NCBI GenBank assembly: GCA_019358935.1 | Contig: JAHHIK010000103.1 | Span: forward strand, 1 to 29,082 | Length of the DNA stretch: 29,082 nucleotides | Direction of reading: 5' to 3' | Source: Tolypothrix carrinoi HA7290-LM1 | GTDB taxonomy: Bacteria > Cyanobacteriota > Cyanobacteriia > Cyanobacteriales > Nostocaceae | In this document: positions 8,184 through 16,954 of the stretch, piece after piece | Numbering within the stretch: the stretch's first letter is position 1 | Layout of the letters: each line of letters starts with the position of its first letter | Program-made: the position numbers and the translations under genes | Notes under the pieces: model-generated | The model's database searches: none | Seen by the model: the letters and a program-made list of their open reading frames with translations, nothing else | Told to the model about the DNA's origin: nothing

Positions 8184-8657
8184 ATGCTACATAAAACACT
8201 TCAGGCTAAATTACTCGGAACCCTCGCTGCAATTATTGCTATTTTTAGTTCGCTTTTTATAGCACCTACCCCAGTTCGGGCTGATAATCGCGAATATGTT
8301 TATGAAGTTGGCGAACAGTTAATGCGAGCTGCGATCGCTTCTGGTTTACGTGGCTATAGTTTAACTCATGACCCGTTTATCGACGCATTAAATCACGGTC
8401 GCTCCGATTATATAACAATAAATCTGCGTGCAGGTACATCATAGGGCATAGTTGGAGTGTGCGATCGCGATTGTCGAGATTTAGATATTGCACTTTACGA
8501 TAGCCGTGGAAATCTGATTGCTTCTGATTTACAAGATGATGATATTCCTGCCATCACCATAAATCCTTCTCGAAGCGGTACATATCGAGTCCGGGTTGAT
8601 ATGGCTAGTTGTAATACCAATGCTTGTTACTACGGTATCGGTGTATTTGGTCAGTAA
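8184..8657 (+). pseudogene. Secreted PPC-like (pre-peptidase C-terminal beta-sandwich) protein interrupted by an in-frame TAG
   Basis: ORFs 8154..8444 and 8457..8657 share a frame and join as LRAGTS*GIVGVCDRDCRDLDIALYD...SGTYRVRV. Signal peptide ends ...PVRA. TAG at 8442-8444. Confidence 0.75.
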
Positions 8658-8775
8658 AACCAACTGACCTTGCATAAACAAAGGGGCAAAGAGACAAACT
8701 TTATCTACGTCTTATGTTACTTTGCACCTTTGATTTCTCGCCAAACCTTTGAATCTAAATTTAATACCATTATTT

Positions 8776-8829
8776 AGCCCACGCAGGTGGGCTTTGTTCG
8801 TATAGCCCCAGGCTTCTAGCCTGAGGGCG
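8776..8829. repeat. Double-hairpin REP-like intergenic element
   Basis: AGCCCAC-GCAG-GTGGGCT followed by GCCCCAGGCT-TCT-AGCCTGAGGGC. Confidence 0.65.
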
Positions 8830-9133
8830 AATAAAGCGCTAGACATTTTACCAGCTTGACTAGCCTTGACAAAACTTTACAAACGTGACCTTCTTAAACT
8901 TTCTGCAAGAAGTATTTGTACTTTTATAAAGTATAATTAAGAATAAAGATAAAAAAGACGGGCAACCTCCCTTGGCTAATATTGCCTAGAAAGTTACCCG
9001 GAAATGTAAAAAATTTAATTGTTGTAGATAGTTGTAGATAAAAACTACAAAAATCTTGTCTTTGCAGCCAACTTGTAATGCAAGACAAGCAAACAAAACA
9101 GTAAAGTTATCGGTTTAAGAGGCAAAGGTCGGC

Positions 9134-10843
9134 GTGGGTCAGTATCAACCAGCTCAGTTAACGAGCTACAATGCAAACGCGATCGCTCGCTACTACAGCT
9201 TGCGTCCCTGGCTAGCGATAGCGCGATCAATAAAGATAGTTTGGTTTTTTGCGGGATTTATTCTCGGTTTAAAGTGGGATGAATGGCGTGGAGAAGTTGA
9301 ACGAAACAAGTTCAAACGAGCCATTCAGTTGCGACAAATATTAACGAGTCTGGGTCCAACTTTTATTAAAGTAGGTCAGGCACTCTCGACGCGACCGGAC
9401 TTAATACGCAAAGATTTTTTAGACGAACTGATAAAGCTACAAGATCAGTTGCCACCTTTTGATAATGCGATCGCTTATCGGATTATCGAAACTCAACTGA
9501 ACGCAAGCGTTTCAGAAATTTATAGCGAATTGTCACCAACTCCAGTAGCTGCGGCTAGCTTGGGTCAAGTATATCGCGGTCGTCTCTACACCGGCGAAGA
9601 AGTAGCCGTAAAAGTGCAACGTCCGAACTTACGTCCGGTGATTACACTCGACCTTTATCTAATGCGCTGGGCAGCAGGTTGGCTGAGTCCTTGGTTGCCC
9701 CTGAATCTCGGTCACGATTTAACTTTAATTGTGGACGAGTTTGGCACAAAGTTATTTGAAGAAATCGACTATATTAATGAAGGTCGCAACGCGGAAAAAT
9801 TTGCAAGTAACTTCCGCAACGATCCGCAAGTCAAAATACCAGCCATTTATTGGAGTTATACCAACACCCGTGTTTTAACTCTGGAATGGATTAACGGCTT
9901 CAAACTCACAGATACGAAAAATATCCGTGCTGTAGGTTTAGATCCAGAAGCGATTATCCAAATTGGTGTCACCTCCGGTTTGCGACAGTTGTTAGAACAT
10001 GGTTTCTTTCATGCAGACCCCCATCCGGGTAATTTGTTTGCCATGCCTGATGGTCGCATGGCTTACATTGACTTTGGCATGATGGATCAGCTAGAGGAAA
10101 CCACCAAAGAAACTCTTGTAGATGCGTTGGTGCATGTAGTCAATAAAGATTATAATGACTTCGCCGAAGACTTGGTAAATTTAGGATTTCTCACACCAGA
10201 AACGAATATTGCTCCGATTGTGCCGGCATTAGAAACGGTGCTGGGAAACGCAATTGGTAAAAACGTCAAGGATTTTAATTTCAAGACAATTACCGATGAA
10301 TTTTCGGAATTGATGTATGAATATCCTTTCCGCGTTCCGGCAAAGTTTGCCTTAATTATTCGTTCTTTGGTGACGCAAGAAGGTATTGCTTTAAGCCTGA
10401 ATCCGAATTTTAAAATTGTCGAGGTAGCTTATCCTTACGTAGCGAGACGGTTGCTAACAGGAGATTCTCCAGGATTGCGGCAGCGGTTATTGAATGTGTT
10501 GTTCAAAAATGGTAAATTCCAGTGGCAGCGGTTAGAAAATTTAATTGCGATCGCCCGCACTGATAACAACTTTGATTTATTACCAACAGCGCAATTAGGT
10601 TTACAATATTTGCTGTCTGATGAAGGCAAGTTTATCCAAAGACAGTTGCTGCTTGCTTTGACTGAAGATGACCGTCTTCACACCGAAGAAGTTCAACGCT
10701 TGTGGAATCTAGTGAAAGATGACTTAAAGCCGAATCGTTTGTTGAGTGTAGCGATCGGCATTTTGACAGAATTCTCTAGAGAAAGCGCAGCCGCTATTTT
10801 ACCGACTGCGACACATCTTGTTTCTTTTGGAAAAAAACAGTAA
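9134..10843 (+). CDS. ABC1/AarF/UbiB family atypical kinase
   Basis: '[17 protein letters not shown]' (KxGQ), 'AAASLGQVY', 'VAVKVQRP', '[10 protein letters not shown]' and 'IDFGMM'. Confidence 0.95.
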   Translation: MGQYQPAQLTSYNANAIARYYSLRPWLAIARSIKIVWFFAGFILGLKWDEWRGEVERNKFKRAIQLRQILTSLGPTFIKVGQALSTRPDLIRKDFLDELIKLQDQLPPFDNAIAYRIIETQLNASVSEIYSELSPTPVAAASLGQVYRGRLYTGEEVAVKVQRPNLRPVITLDLYLMRWAAGWLSPWLPLNLGHDLTLIVDEFGTKLFEEIDYINEGRNAEKFASNFRNDPQVKIPAIYWSYTNTRVLTLEWINGFKLTDTKNIRAVGLDPEAIIQIGVTSGLRQLLEHGFFHADPHPGNLFAMPDGRMAYIDFGMMDQLEETTKETLVDALVHVVNKDYNDFAEDLVNLGFLTPETNIAPIVPALETVLGNAIGKNVKDFNFKTITDEFSELMYEYPFRVPAKFALIIRSLVTQEGIALSLNPNFKIVEVAYPYVARRLLTGDSPGLRQRLLNVLFKNGKFQWQRLENLIAIARTDNNFDLLPTAQLGLQYLLSDEGKFIQRQLLLALTEDDRLHTEEVQRLWNLVKDDLKPNRLLSVAIGILTEFSRESAAAILPTATHLVSFGKKQ

Positions 10844-10849
10844 CAACGT

Positions 10850-11047
10850 GGGGACTGGGGACTGGGGGACAAGGGAGACAAGGGAGACAAGGGGAGGACA
10901 CTTCCGTGCGGGGGTTCCCCCCCGTTAAGGAACGTGTCCGTGGACAAGGGGGAGCTGTTATTGAGCTGGGGAGGAATTACCCAATGCCCATTGCCCAATG
11001 CCCAATTCCCAATTCCCAATTCCCAATTCCCAATTCCCAATTCCCAT
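10850..11047. repeat. STRR-type short tandem repeats (GGGGACT, GGAGACAAG, CCCAAT[G/T]) with an embedded 48-bp hairpin mini-element at 10894-10941
   Basis: Visible heptamer/nonamer runs. Insert GAGGACACTTCC...GCGGGGGTTCCCCCCCGTT...GTGTCCGT. Confidence 0.85.
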
Positions 11048-11064
11048 ATTAATCAGGAGTTTTC

Positions 11065-11439
11065 ATGTACTATTACCCTCTACATCCGCCATATTTTCTG
11101 TTAGCTGTTGGTTTATTTATTGCATTAACCTCTGGTGCAGCCTTATCGGGAACGCTAAAGTTAATTATGGAAAAAATGCAATTAAATAGTGTAGAAAAGT
11201 TAGGTTCTCGTTTTTGGAGCAGAAAATTATTTGTTCCATTTCTCGGAATCGCTGGCGGTGTTTGTTTATTTCTTACATCAGGTTTTGAAATATTCGGTTT
11301 TCCACCATTCCTTGCTTATATAATTGGTATACCGATTTCTCTTTTAACAAGCGTACTAGTTTGGTTGCAATTAGGAAGTATGCTGGCTTTTATAGAACGC
11401 CAAGGAATGACATCTCTAGACTTAGATTCTATGCCTTGA
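11065..11439 (+). CDS. Hypothetical membrane protein (about 3 TM helices)
   Basis: 124-aa hydrophobic ORF with AGGAG RBS upstream. Confidence 0.8.
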   Translation: MYYYPLHPPYFLLAVGLFIALTSGAALSGTLKLIMEKMQLNSVEKLGSRFWSRKLFVPFLGIAGGVCLFLTSGFEIFGFPPFLAYIIGIPISLLTSVLVWLQLGSMLAFIERQGMTSLDLDSMP

Positions 11440-11448
11440 GTATAAATA

Positions 11449-11471
11449 TGGACACAGAAATGCTGTGTCCA
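11449..11471 (+). terminator. Hairpin downstream of the membrane protein gene
   Basis: TGGACACAG-AAATG-CTGTGTCCA, 10 nt after the stop codon. No clear U-tract. Confidence 0.45.
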
Positions 11472-11713
11472 AACCTAATTTATTGTGTTATGTCAAGTCC
11501 ATTTGATGACTTATTATAATTTCTCTGCGCCTCTGCGTCTGGAGCGTGAATTTTAATAATATTCTAAATCTAAAATTTCAAAATATATTAATTCAACATC
11601 ATTTTATTTATTAAAATAAGAATTAAGTATAACTACTGAAGTTACTAACTTGATTTGTATTTATACCAAATTTACATACAGTATTTCTATCTAAAGTAGG
11701 AAATTAAAAAACA

Positions 11714-12595
11714 ATGAATCAAGCAGAGCCAGAATTTTGCTTTTGCACTATAGCATTTGGTAAGAAATATCGCGCTCTTGCCTTGTTATTAGCACAAGAT
11801 ATAGAGAGATATTCGCCGAAAACTTATTTTATAGTTTTAACTGACAATCCCAGCGACTTTAACAAACAACCCAACATTTTAGCCTTTAAACATCGCTCGC
11901 AGAGCGTTAAGTTTTATCACGACAAAAGATTTGCGATCGCCAAAGCATTATCTCTGTTTAATTCTTGCATATACATTGATGCAGATATGCGAATACTAGC
12001 ACCAGTGCCAGTAGATATGCAATGGATTAAAAAAGTAGGAATAACAGCAAGAACTTGTGAAATTATGCCCAAAAAATATGCAAAAGTTATTGCAGGCACT
12101 GCTAGTGCTAAACTTTGTCGAGAATTTCAAGTAACCAAAAAAGCTGCACAAAAGGTAAATATAGACCTAGAAAATGAAAACGTTAAATTTGTGTACGAGT
12201 ATTTATTTGCAGTTACAAAAGACTCTGGAAAAGAACTTGAATTTTTCAAACAATGGGAGACACTCGCCAATTATTTTGAATTAAATGGGATTTATGATGG
12301 TGAAGGAAACGCAATAGGTTTAGCTGCTGCCAAGGCTGGTTTGGATGTTAGATTAAGTGAGATGCAGGGCATTTCCTTTTTTAAAGATAAAACCGAACTA
12401 GTCAGAATCCAAAAAGGACAATCAAAGATGGAGGAAATGTCCATATATTTTCAGCAACAGAAGATGCTAGAATACCCCAAGCGATCGCTTCTAGAAAAAG
12501 TCGCTGCTAAACTCCGTCAAAGTGTTACTCATTTATATAATTTAGTCCGTCTGAGAATTGTTACCTTGAATAAGTTTGATTTTTATTACCGATAA
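11714..12595 (+). CDS. Putative GT-A fold glycosyltransferase-like protein
   Basis: 'FCTIAFG', 'IVLTD', 'HDKRFAI' and a DxD motif 'IYIDAD'. Convergent with the glycosylation operon. Confidence 0.65.
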   Translation: MNQAEPEFCFCTIAFGKKYRALALLLAQDIERYSPKTYFIVLTDNPSDFNKQPNILAFKHRSQSVKFYHDKRFAIAKALSLFNSCIYIDADMRILAPVPVDMQWIKKVGITARTCEIMPKKYAKVIAGTASAKLCREFQVTKKAAQKVNIDLENENVKFVYEYLFAVTKDSGKELEFFKQWETLANYFELNGIYDGEGNAIGLAAAKAGLDVRLSEMQGISFFKDKTELVRIQKGQSKMEEMSIYFQQQKMLEYPKRSLLEKVAAKLRQSVTHLYNLVRLRIVTLNKFDFYYR

Positions 12596-12628
12596 GTATA
12601 GCAATCCGTTTAGGAATCGTTAAAAATA

Positions 12629-12661
12629 AGATTCCCGACTTCTCTAAGAAGTCGGGAATCT
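12629..12661. terminator. Perfect 15-bp inverted repeat between convergent genes (bidirectional terminator or repeat element)
   Basis: AGATTCCCGACTTCT-CTA-AGAAGTCGGGAATCT. Confidence 0.7.
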
Positions 12662-12686
12662 GAAACTGTAAGCAGCTTCAAAAACT

Positions 12687-13607
12687 TTACTTTTTCAGAA
12701 AGCGGAATAGAGTTTTAATTTGACTTAAAGTTTGCTGCCAAGAACTTTTTTTAACCTTAACTGGGAAAATTGGCGGTGGCAGTGATGGATTGAGATTGCG
12801 GTAATACTCCCAAATTTCCCAATAAGGGCAATCAGGTTCAATCCGCATCCCTGCCCAGTGAAGAAACTGTAGAGGCTGATTCAACTTGGGGTCTATAAGT
12901 ATATGCCCTTGAGCTTGAAAATGAGGGCTACCTGCCCAATTTCCAGGTGCTTTACCAGGTCTATTGACTATATTAAATCGGCGCGGAACATACTTTAAGA
13001 CGAGATAGTTAAGGATAGTTTGGTCTGAGTTTAATAAATAGAAATATTCCGGATGGCGGACGCATTCTCTAAAGACTTCCCAGATATCTTCCTCAGAAAA
13101 AGCTTGCTTTTTAGAACACCAAAAACCACTATTAAAAACGTCTTTTAATTCAGTTTCATTAAAGATATTATTCTCTTTAATTGACTGATTGAATACTTCA
13201 TAAATTCCGCCTGTATGTTGATAGTCATAACAAACAAAATCATTTTCTTGAAGATAGCTGAGATTGTCGATAATTTTGTTAAACACAACAATATCAGTGT
13301 CTATATACAAAAACTCATCGAAAGAACCAAACCAGCAAACAAGCTTACGAAGTAAGTTAGGTCTATCAAAGAAATTTTTTCCGCAGATGTTATCGACTTG
13401 CTCGCAAAAGTACTTGATATCTTCTAAATTTTCGTAAATTGTTACCCCAGAAAAGTTAGAAAAAACCTCTGCTATCTTTTGATAATTGTCATTGTAGGGA
13501 ATCATGACAATTGGTGTATCCGAGTCATAAAAACGGATACTATTAATTAAGGCAACGGCATTATCCATCACCTTGTCATTGCCTAGAAGATAAATCCCGC
13601 GATTCAT
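12687..13607 (-). CDS. GT-A/GT8-like sugar transferase (Npun_R2821/R2822-like family)
   Basis: 'GIYLLGND', 'FLYIDTD', 'FNSGFW', 'DQTILNY' and 'FLHWAG'. Paralog of the adjacent gene. Confidence 0.75.
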   Translation of the reverse strand: MNRGIYLLGNDKVMDNAVALINSIRFYDSDTPIVMIPYNDNYQKIAEVFSNFSGVTIYENLEDIKYFCEQVDNICGKNFFDRPNLLRKLVCWFGSFDEFLYIDTDIVVFNKIIDNLSYLQENDFVCYDYQHTGGIYEVFNQSIKENNIFNETELKDVFNSGFWCSKKQAFSEEDIWEVFRECVRHPEYFYLLNSDQTILNYLVLKYVPRRFNIVNRPGKAPGNWAGSPHFQAQGHILIDPKLNQPLQFLHWAGMRIEPDCPYWEIWEYYRNLNPSLPPPIFPVKVKKSSWQQTLSQIKTLFRFLKK

Positions 13608-13617
13608 TGATTATTCC

Positions 13618-14622
13618 TCAAACTTTTATACCCAGCTTTTTGAGAACTCTTGTCTTCAAACTAGGAGGTGCATTGTAGGGTTGTGGCTTAGTAGTAAACT
13701 TTGGTCGTTTATCGGGTTCGTGCAGGTAACGATAGTGTAAGAAAATATCTCGATATGGGAAATCAATATTGTCACCGTTGCAGACTCTATCAAATAAACT
13801 GGATGACAAGCCGATGTAGTGCAGATAAGTCAGTTTGTTACCTTTGTCATACAACCAATTAGATTTATATTCAAAGTGAGAAGAAGTGACAGCATTCCCA
13901 GTGATTTTGCTTTCAGGTAACTGCTTTGATAAGTTACACACCGGAATATTTGCTCGCATTACCATATAGTTGAGAACTGACTGATTAGGTGCTTCTGGGA
14001 ATAAAATTTCTGCCTCTCCATCTGCCAGTCGAGATACAATAAAATCTCGTTCTTCTGAACTAAATAACCCCCGCTTACCAGCATAAAAACCCGCACAAAA
14101 AATATCAGATTTAATTCTGTCTTCACTAAATATCTGAGATAATTTGTCAGATTTTACATTAAAAATGTGCGAGGGGTCTTTGTACTGAAAGTCATAAACA
14201 ACTAAAGGATGGTCGTTTAACTTCTCAAAAATAATTTGCAGAGAATCTAAGACCAAAATATCTGCATCAAAATAAGCAAATTTGTCAAAGGGACTGCTGT
14301 TATCAAAAGCGCAGTATCGACGGTTCATGCCAATCCGACGCACCCCTTTAATGCCTTGTTCTTCCCAAACTTTTAAAGCAGTGGGATGTGTTTGCCACAC
14401 TTGCAGAGAAAAATCTTCCCAATTTTTAAACAATTGGGCATCATTTAGCAGAGTCACATTTTTTCTTGTAGCGACTTCTGCACTAACTTTTTCGATGTTG
14501 TCGTCATAGGCAATTACACATACTGGAATATCTGTACCTACATTGACTTCAACACTATTAAGAAAAGCTACGAGTTGGTTATAAACTACATCGTTGCCGA
14601 TTGTATAGATACCATTAGTCAT
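13618..14622 (-). CDS. GT-A/GT8-like sugar transferase (Npun_R2821/R2822-like family)
   Basis: 'GIYTIGND', 'YFDAD', 'FCAGFY', 'NQSVLNY' and 'YLHYIG'. Confidence 0.75.
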   Translation of the reverse strand: MTNGIYTIGNDVVYNQLVAFLNSVEVNVGTDIPVCVIAYDDNIEKVSAEVATRKNVTLLNDAQLFKNWEDFSLQVWQTHPTALKVWEEQGIKGVRRIGMNRRYCAFDNSSPFDKFAYFDADILVLDSLQIIFEKLNDHPLVVYDFQYKDPSHIFNVKSDKLSQIFSEDRIKSDIFCAGFYAGKRGLFSSEERDFIVSRLADGEAEILFPEAPNQSVLNYMVMRANIPVCNLSKQLPESKITGNAVTSSHFEYKSNWLYDKGNKLTYLHYIGLSSSLFDRVCNGDNIDFPYRDIFLHYRYLHEPDKRPKFTTKPQPYNAPPSLKTRVLKKLGIKV

Positions 14623-14649
14623 GGAAATTTCCGTAAGTGTAAATTTTAT

Positions 14650-15606
14650 TTATGCAATTTGGTTAACTGCGTTATCTAACCAGTTCAGCAGGTTTAATTT
14701 GTGCAAAATAATCTGCCTAGCTTCAGCGATCGCTTCTTTAGCTGCGTACCAAGCATCAGGAGTAGACGTTACTTCCTGAATGTATGCCAAACCCTTTTCA
14801 TCTATACTTGGTAGTCTCAAAAAGCTTCCTGGTGGCAACAATTTATCAGCGGCAGAACCACCGTAATAAATTGGCAAACACCAAGCCAAAAGAGAATCCC
14901 AAAGCTTCTCACTCACATACCAATTATTATCAGCATAATTTTCTATTGCCAAGTTGTAATAATAGGGAGCCATGCTATGCCATTTATTATTAACTTTTCC
15001 ATTTCCCTGTGCCCAATCTGGTAAATCTCGTCCATACAAATCGAAGATTAAACCGCTTTCTTGCAGCATTTTTAAAAAGTTAAGACGTTGCTGATGATTT
15101 GCCGTGCGATCGATACCCGATGTAATCCAACTGCAAGAACGAACCTTTTCTGGAGGTGGCATTTCGTTCAGTTCTCTAAACGAATTCGCATGATACCAAA
15201 TAGCAGGCATATACTCAGGTATTGGCGCAAAATCATCTGGACCAGAGACATAACCGCAGTATTTAGAAGCGTTTTCGTAATCAGTAATTCGCTTTTGTTC
15301 CAACTCTGGAAATGGCGGTTCTCTTACTAAAGAAATTATTCTTTCTTTCGGCACTCCTCGCAGTAGATTTGTTATGTTTTCTTTCTGCTGTGGCTGTGGT
15401 TTAAACTTATTCAACCAGCTTTTCTTGGCAACAGGCTTAACAAAGTCGCAGAAATTGTATAACAGTAGAAAGTCTGGCTTTGAGTGATTTGCTTGGATTT
15501 GAATATTTTTCCACTCACCAAATGCATGAGGGGTTTGATGCCAAAGCCAATCACTTTGGTTAATAGCTTGATAGCCAGTAATCATACCGATAGTTTTTTT
15601 TACCAT
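14650..15606 (-). CDS. Glycosyltransferase family 10 (fucosyltransferase-like)
   Basis: GT10 motif 'YYYNLAIEN...YVSEKLWDSLLAWCLPIYYG'. Confidence 0.85.
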   Translation of the reverse strand: MVKKTIGMITGYQAINQSDWLWHQTPHAFGEWKNIQIQANHSKPDFLLLYNFCDFVKPVAKKSWLNKFKPQPQQKENITNLLRGVPKERIISLVREPPFPELEQKRITDYENASKYCGYVSGPDDFAPIPEYMPAIWYHANSFRELNEMPPPEKVRSCSWITSGIDRTANHQQRLNFLKMLQESGLIFDLYGRDLPDWAQGNGKVNNKWHSMAPYYYNLAIENYADNNWYVSEKLWDSLLAWCLPIYYGGSAADKLLPPGSFLRLPSIDEKGLAYIQEVTSTPDAWYAAKEAIAEARQIILHKLNLLNWLDNAVNQIA

Positions 15607-15656
15607 AATGATAGCAAATTAGTTGAATTACTACTTTGTTGTTCGGCGATTTAATC

Positions 15657-16868
15657 TCAATTCATTGCCACTGGACGCATAGAATCATCGACATAGCTAA
15701 GAATTTTTTGGATTCTATTTTCCCAAGTAAACTGCTTGACGAACTCAAGACTATCTGAATAGCCTTCGATTTTTCTGGGACGGGTTTCTAAAACGTGTTT
15801 AATACATCTGGCAAATTCTTGTGGATTATCTGGTTCGCACCAAGCAGCCACAACATTTGCAGGCTTAAATTCCATCAATGGTGGAATCTCCGTTGAGACG
15901 ATGGGTGTACCAGCAGCCATATAATCAAAAAACTTCAGAGGAGAGGTAAAAGTTGATGCATTTCCCGAACAATGAGGGTGAGCTAAAATATCAGCAGCTT
16001 GCAGCAAACTTCCTAACTTGTGGTGTTCTATGTAGCCTAAAAATGTCGTGTTGGTAACTTGCTTTTCTCTTGCCATCTGCTGATAAGCTTGCACTTGCTC
16101 TTCTTTTCCGCCGGCAAATACAAATTGGACGTGCGGTAAATCTTTGGCAACATCAATTAATAAATCAACCCCTTTAAATGGATACAGCGCTCCAGAATAG
16201 ACAACCATATGTTGGTATTTATCTTGAAGCAGTTTTTCTCGCCATTCTTCAGCTGCTTCCGGTTGTCTGGTAGCAAACAATTGACTGTAACCATTATGCA
16301 TTTTGACAACTTTTTCAGGTGGCATTCCATTTTGGATCATGCTTTCTCTAACTGTATCGGCAACAGTTATAGCAATCGTAAAAAGTGGATTTTTGACAAT
16401 TTCTGGTTCAAATTTTTTGTCTTCGTGATGGTGGTGTTCGTAAATTGCGGGAATTCCGTGCATTATTGCTACTTTGACAAAGTTCCAGTCGCGAGTATGG
16501 ACAATTTTAGTGGTAGGAAGAATATGAAAGGGGAAATAGTATTTTGATATAAGGGTGCTAGAATTTGTCAATTTCCCACCAAATTTATCTACGAACCAAG
16601 GCATTGAAAGAGGAGCAACTTTGAGTTTTTCTTGTAAGTTGTAAAGCTTGGCAAGTTTTTCTTCGGGTTTTCTGGGTGAAAAGGGACGAATTAAACTAAT
16701 AGGGTTATGAGATGTTAATCCTTTGTGGCTGTAAACTAAAACGGTTGAATAACCCAAGTTAGCAGCTGCGTTGGCAGAATTTGCTACCTGCACTAACTTT
16801 GCCTCTGGCTTAGTTAAAACATTTCTCGTGAAAAATATATAATTGTTTCTTTGGGAAGATGTTTTCAT
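15657..16868 (-). CDS. Glycosyltransferase family 4 (GT-B)
   Basis: 'YSGALYPFKGVD', 'AADIL' and 'SPLKFFDYMAAGTPIV'. Confidence 0.9.
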   Translation of the reverse strand: MKTSSQRNNYIFFTRNVLTKPEAKLVQVANSANAAANLGYSTVLVYSHKGLTSHNPISLIRPFSPRKPEEKLAKLYNLQEKLKVAPLSMPWFVDKFGGKLTNSSTLISKYYFPFHILPTTKIVHTRDWNFVKVAIMHGIPAIYEHHHHEDKKFEPEIVKNPLFTIAITVADTVRESMIQNGMPPEKVVKMHNGYSQLFATRQPEAAEEWREKLLQDKYQHMVVYSGALYPFKGVDLLIDVAKDLPHVQFVFAGGKEEQVQAYQQMAREKQVTNTTFLGYIEHHKLGSLLQAADILAHPHCSGNASTFTSPLKFFDYMAAGTPIVSTEIPPLMEFKPANVVAAWCEPDNPQEFARCIKHVLETRPRKIEGYSDSLEFVKQFTWENRIQKILSYVDDSMRPVAMN

Positions 16869-16954
16869 GATATTAAGTCAAGTATTTTTCTGGTAGTTAT
16901 TGTTTTGTAATGAGGATTAATCGATACAATTATTTCATTGTTTGACGGGAGAAT

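Noticed and set aside
10693..11189. ORFs 10693..11040 (-) and 10998..11189 (+)
   Set aside because: Low-complexity translations of heptamer repeats that overlap real genes.
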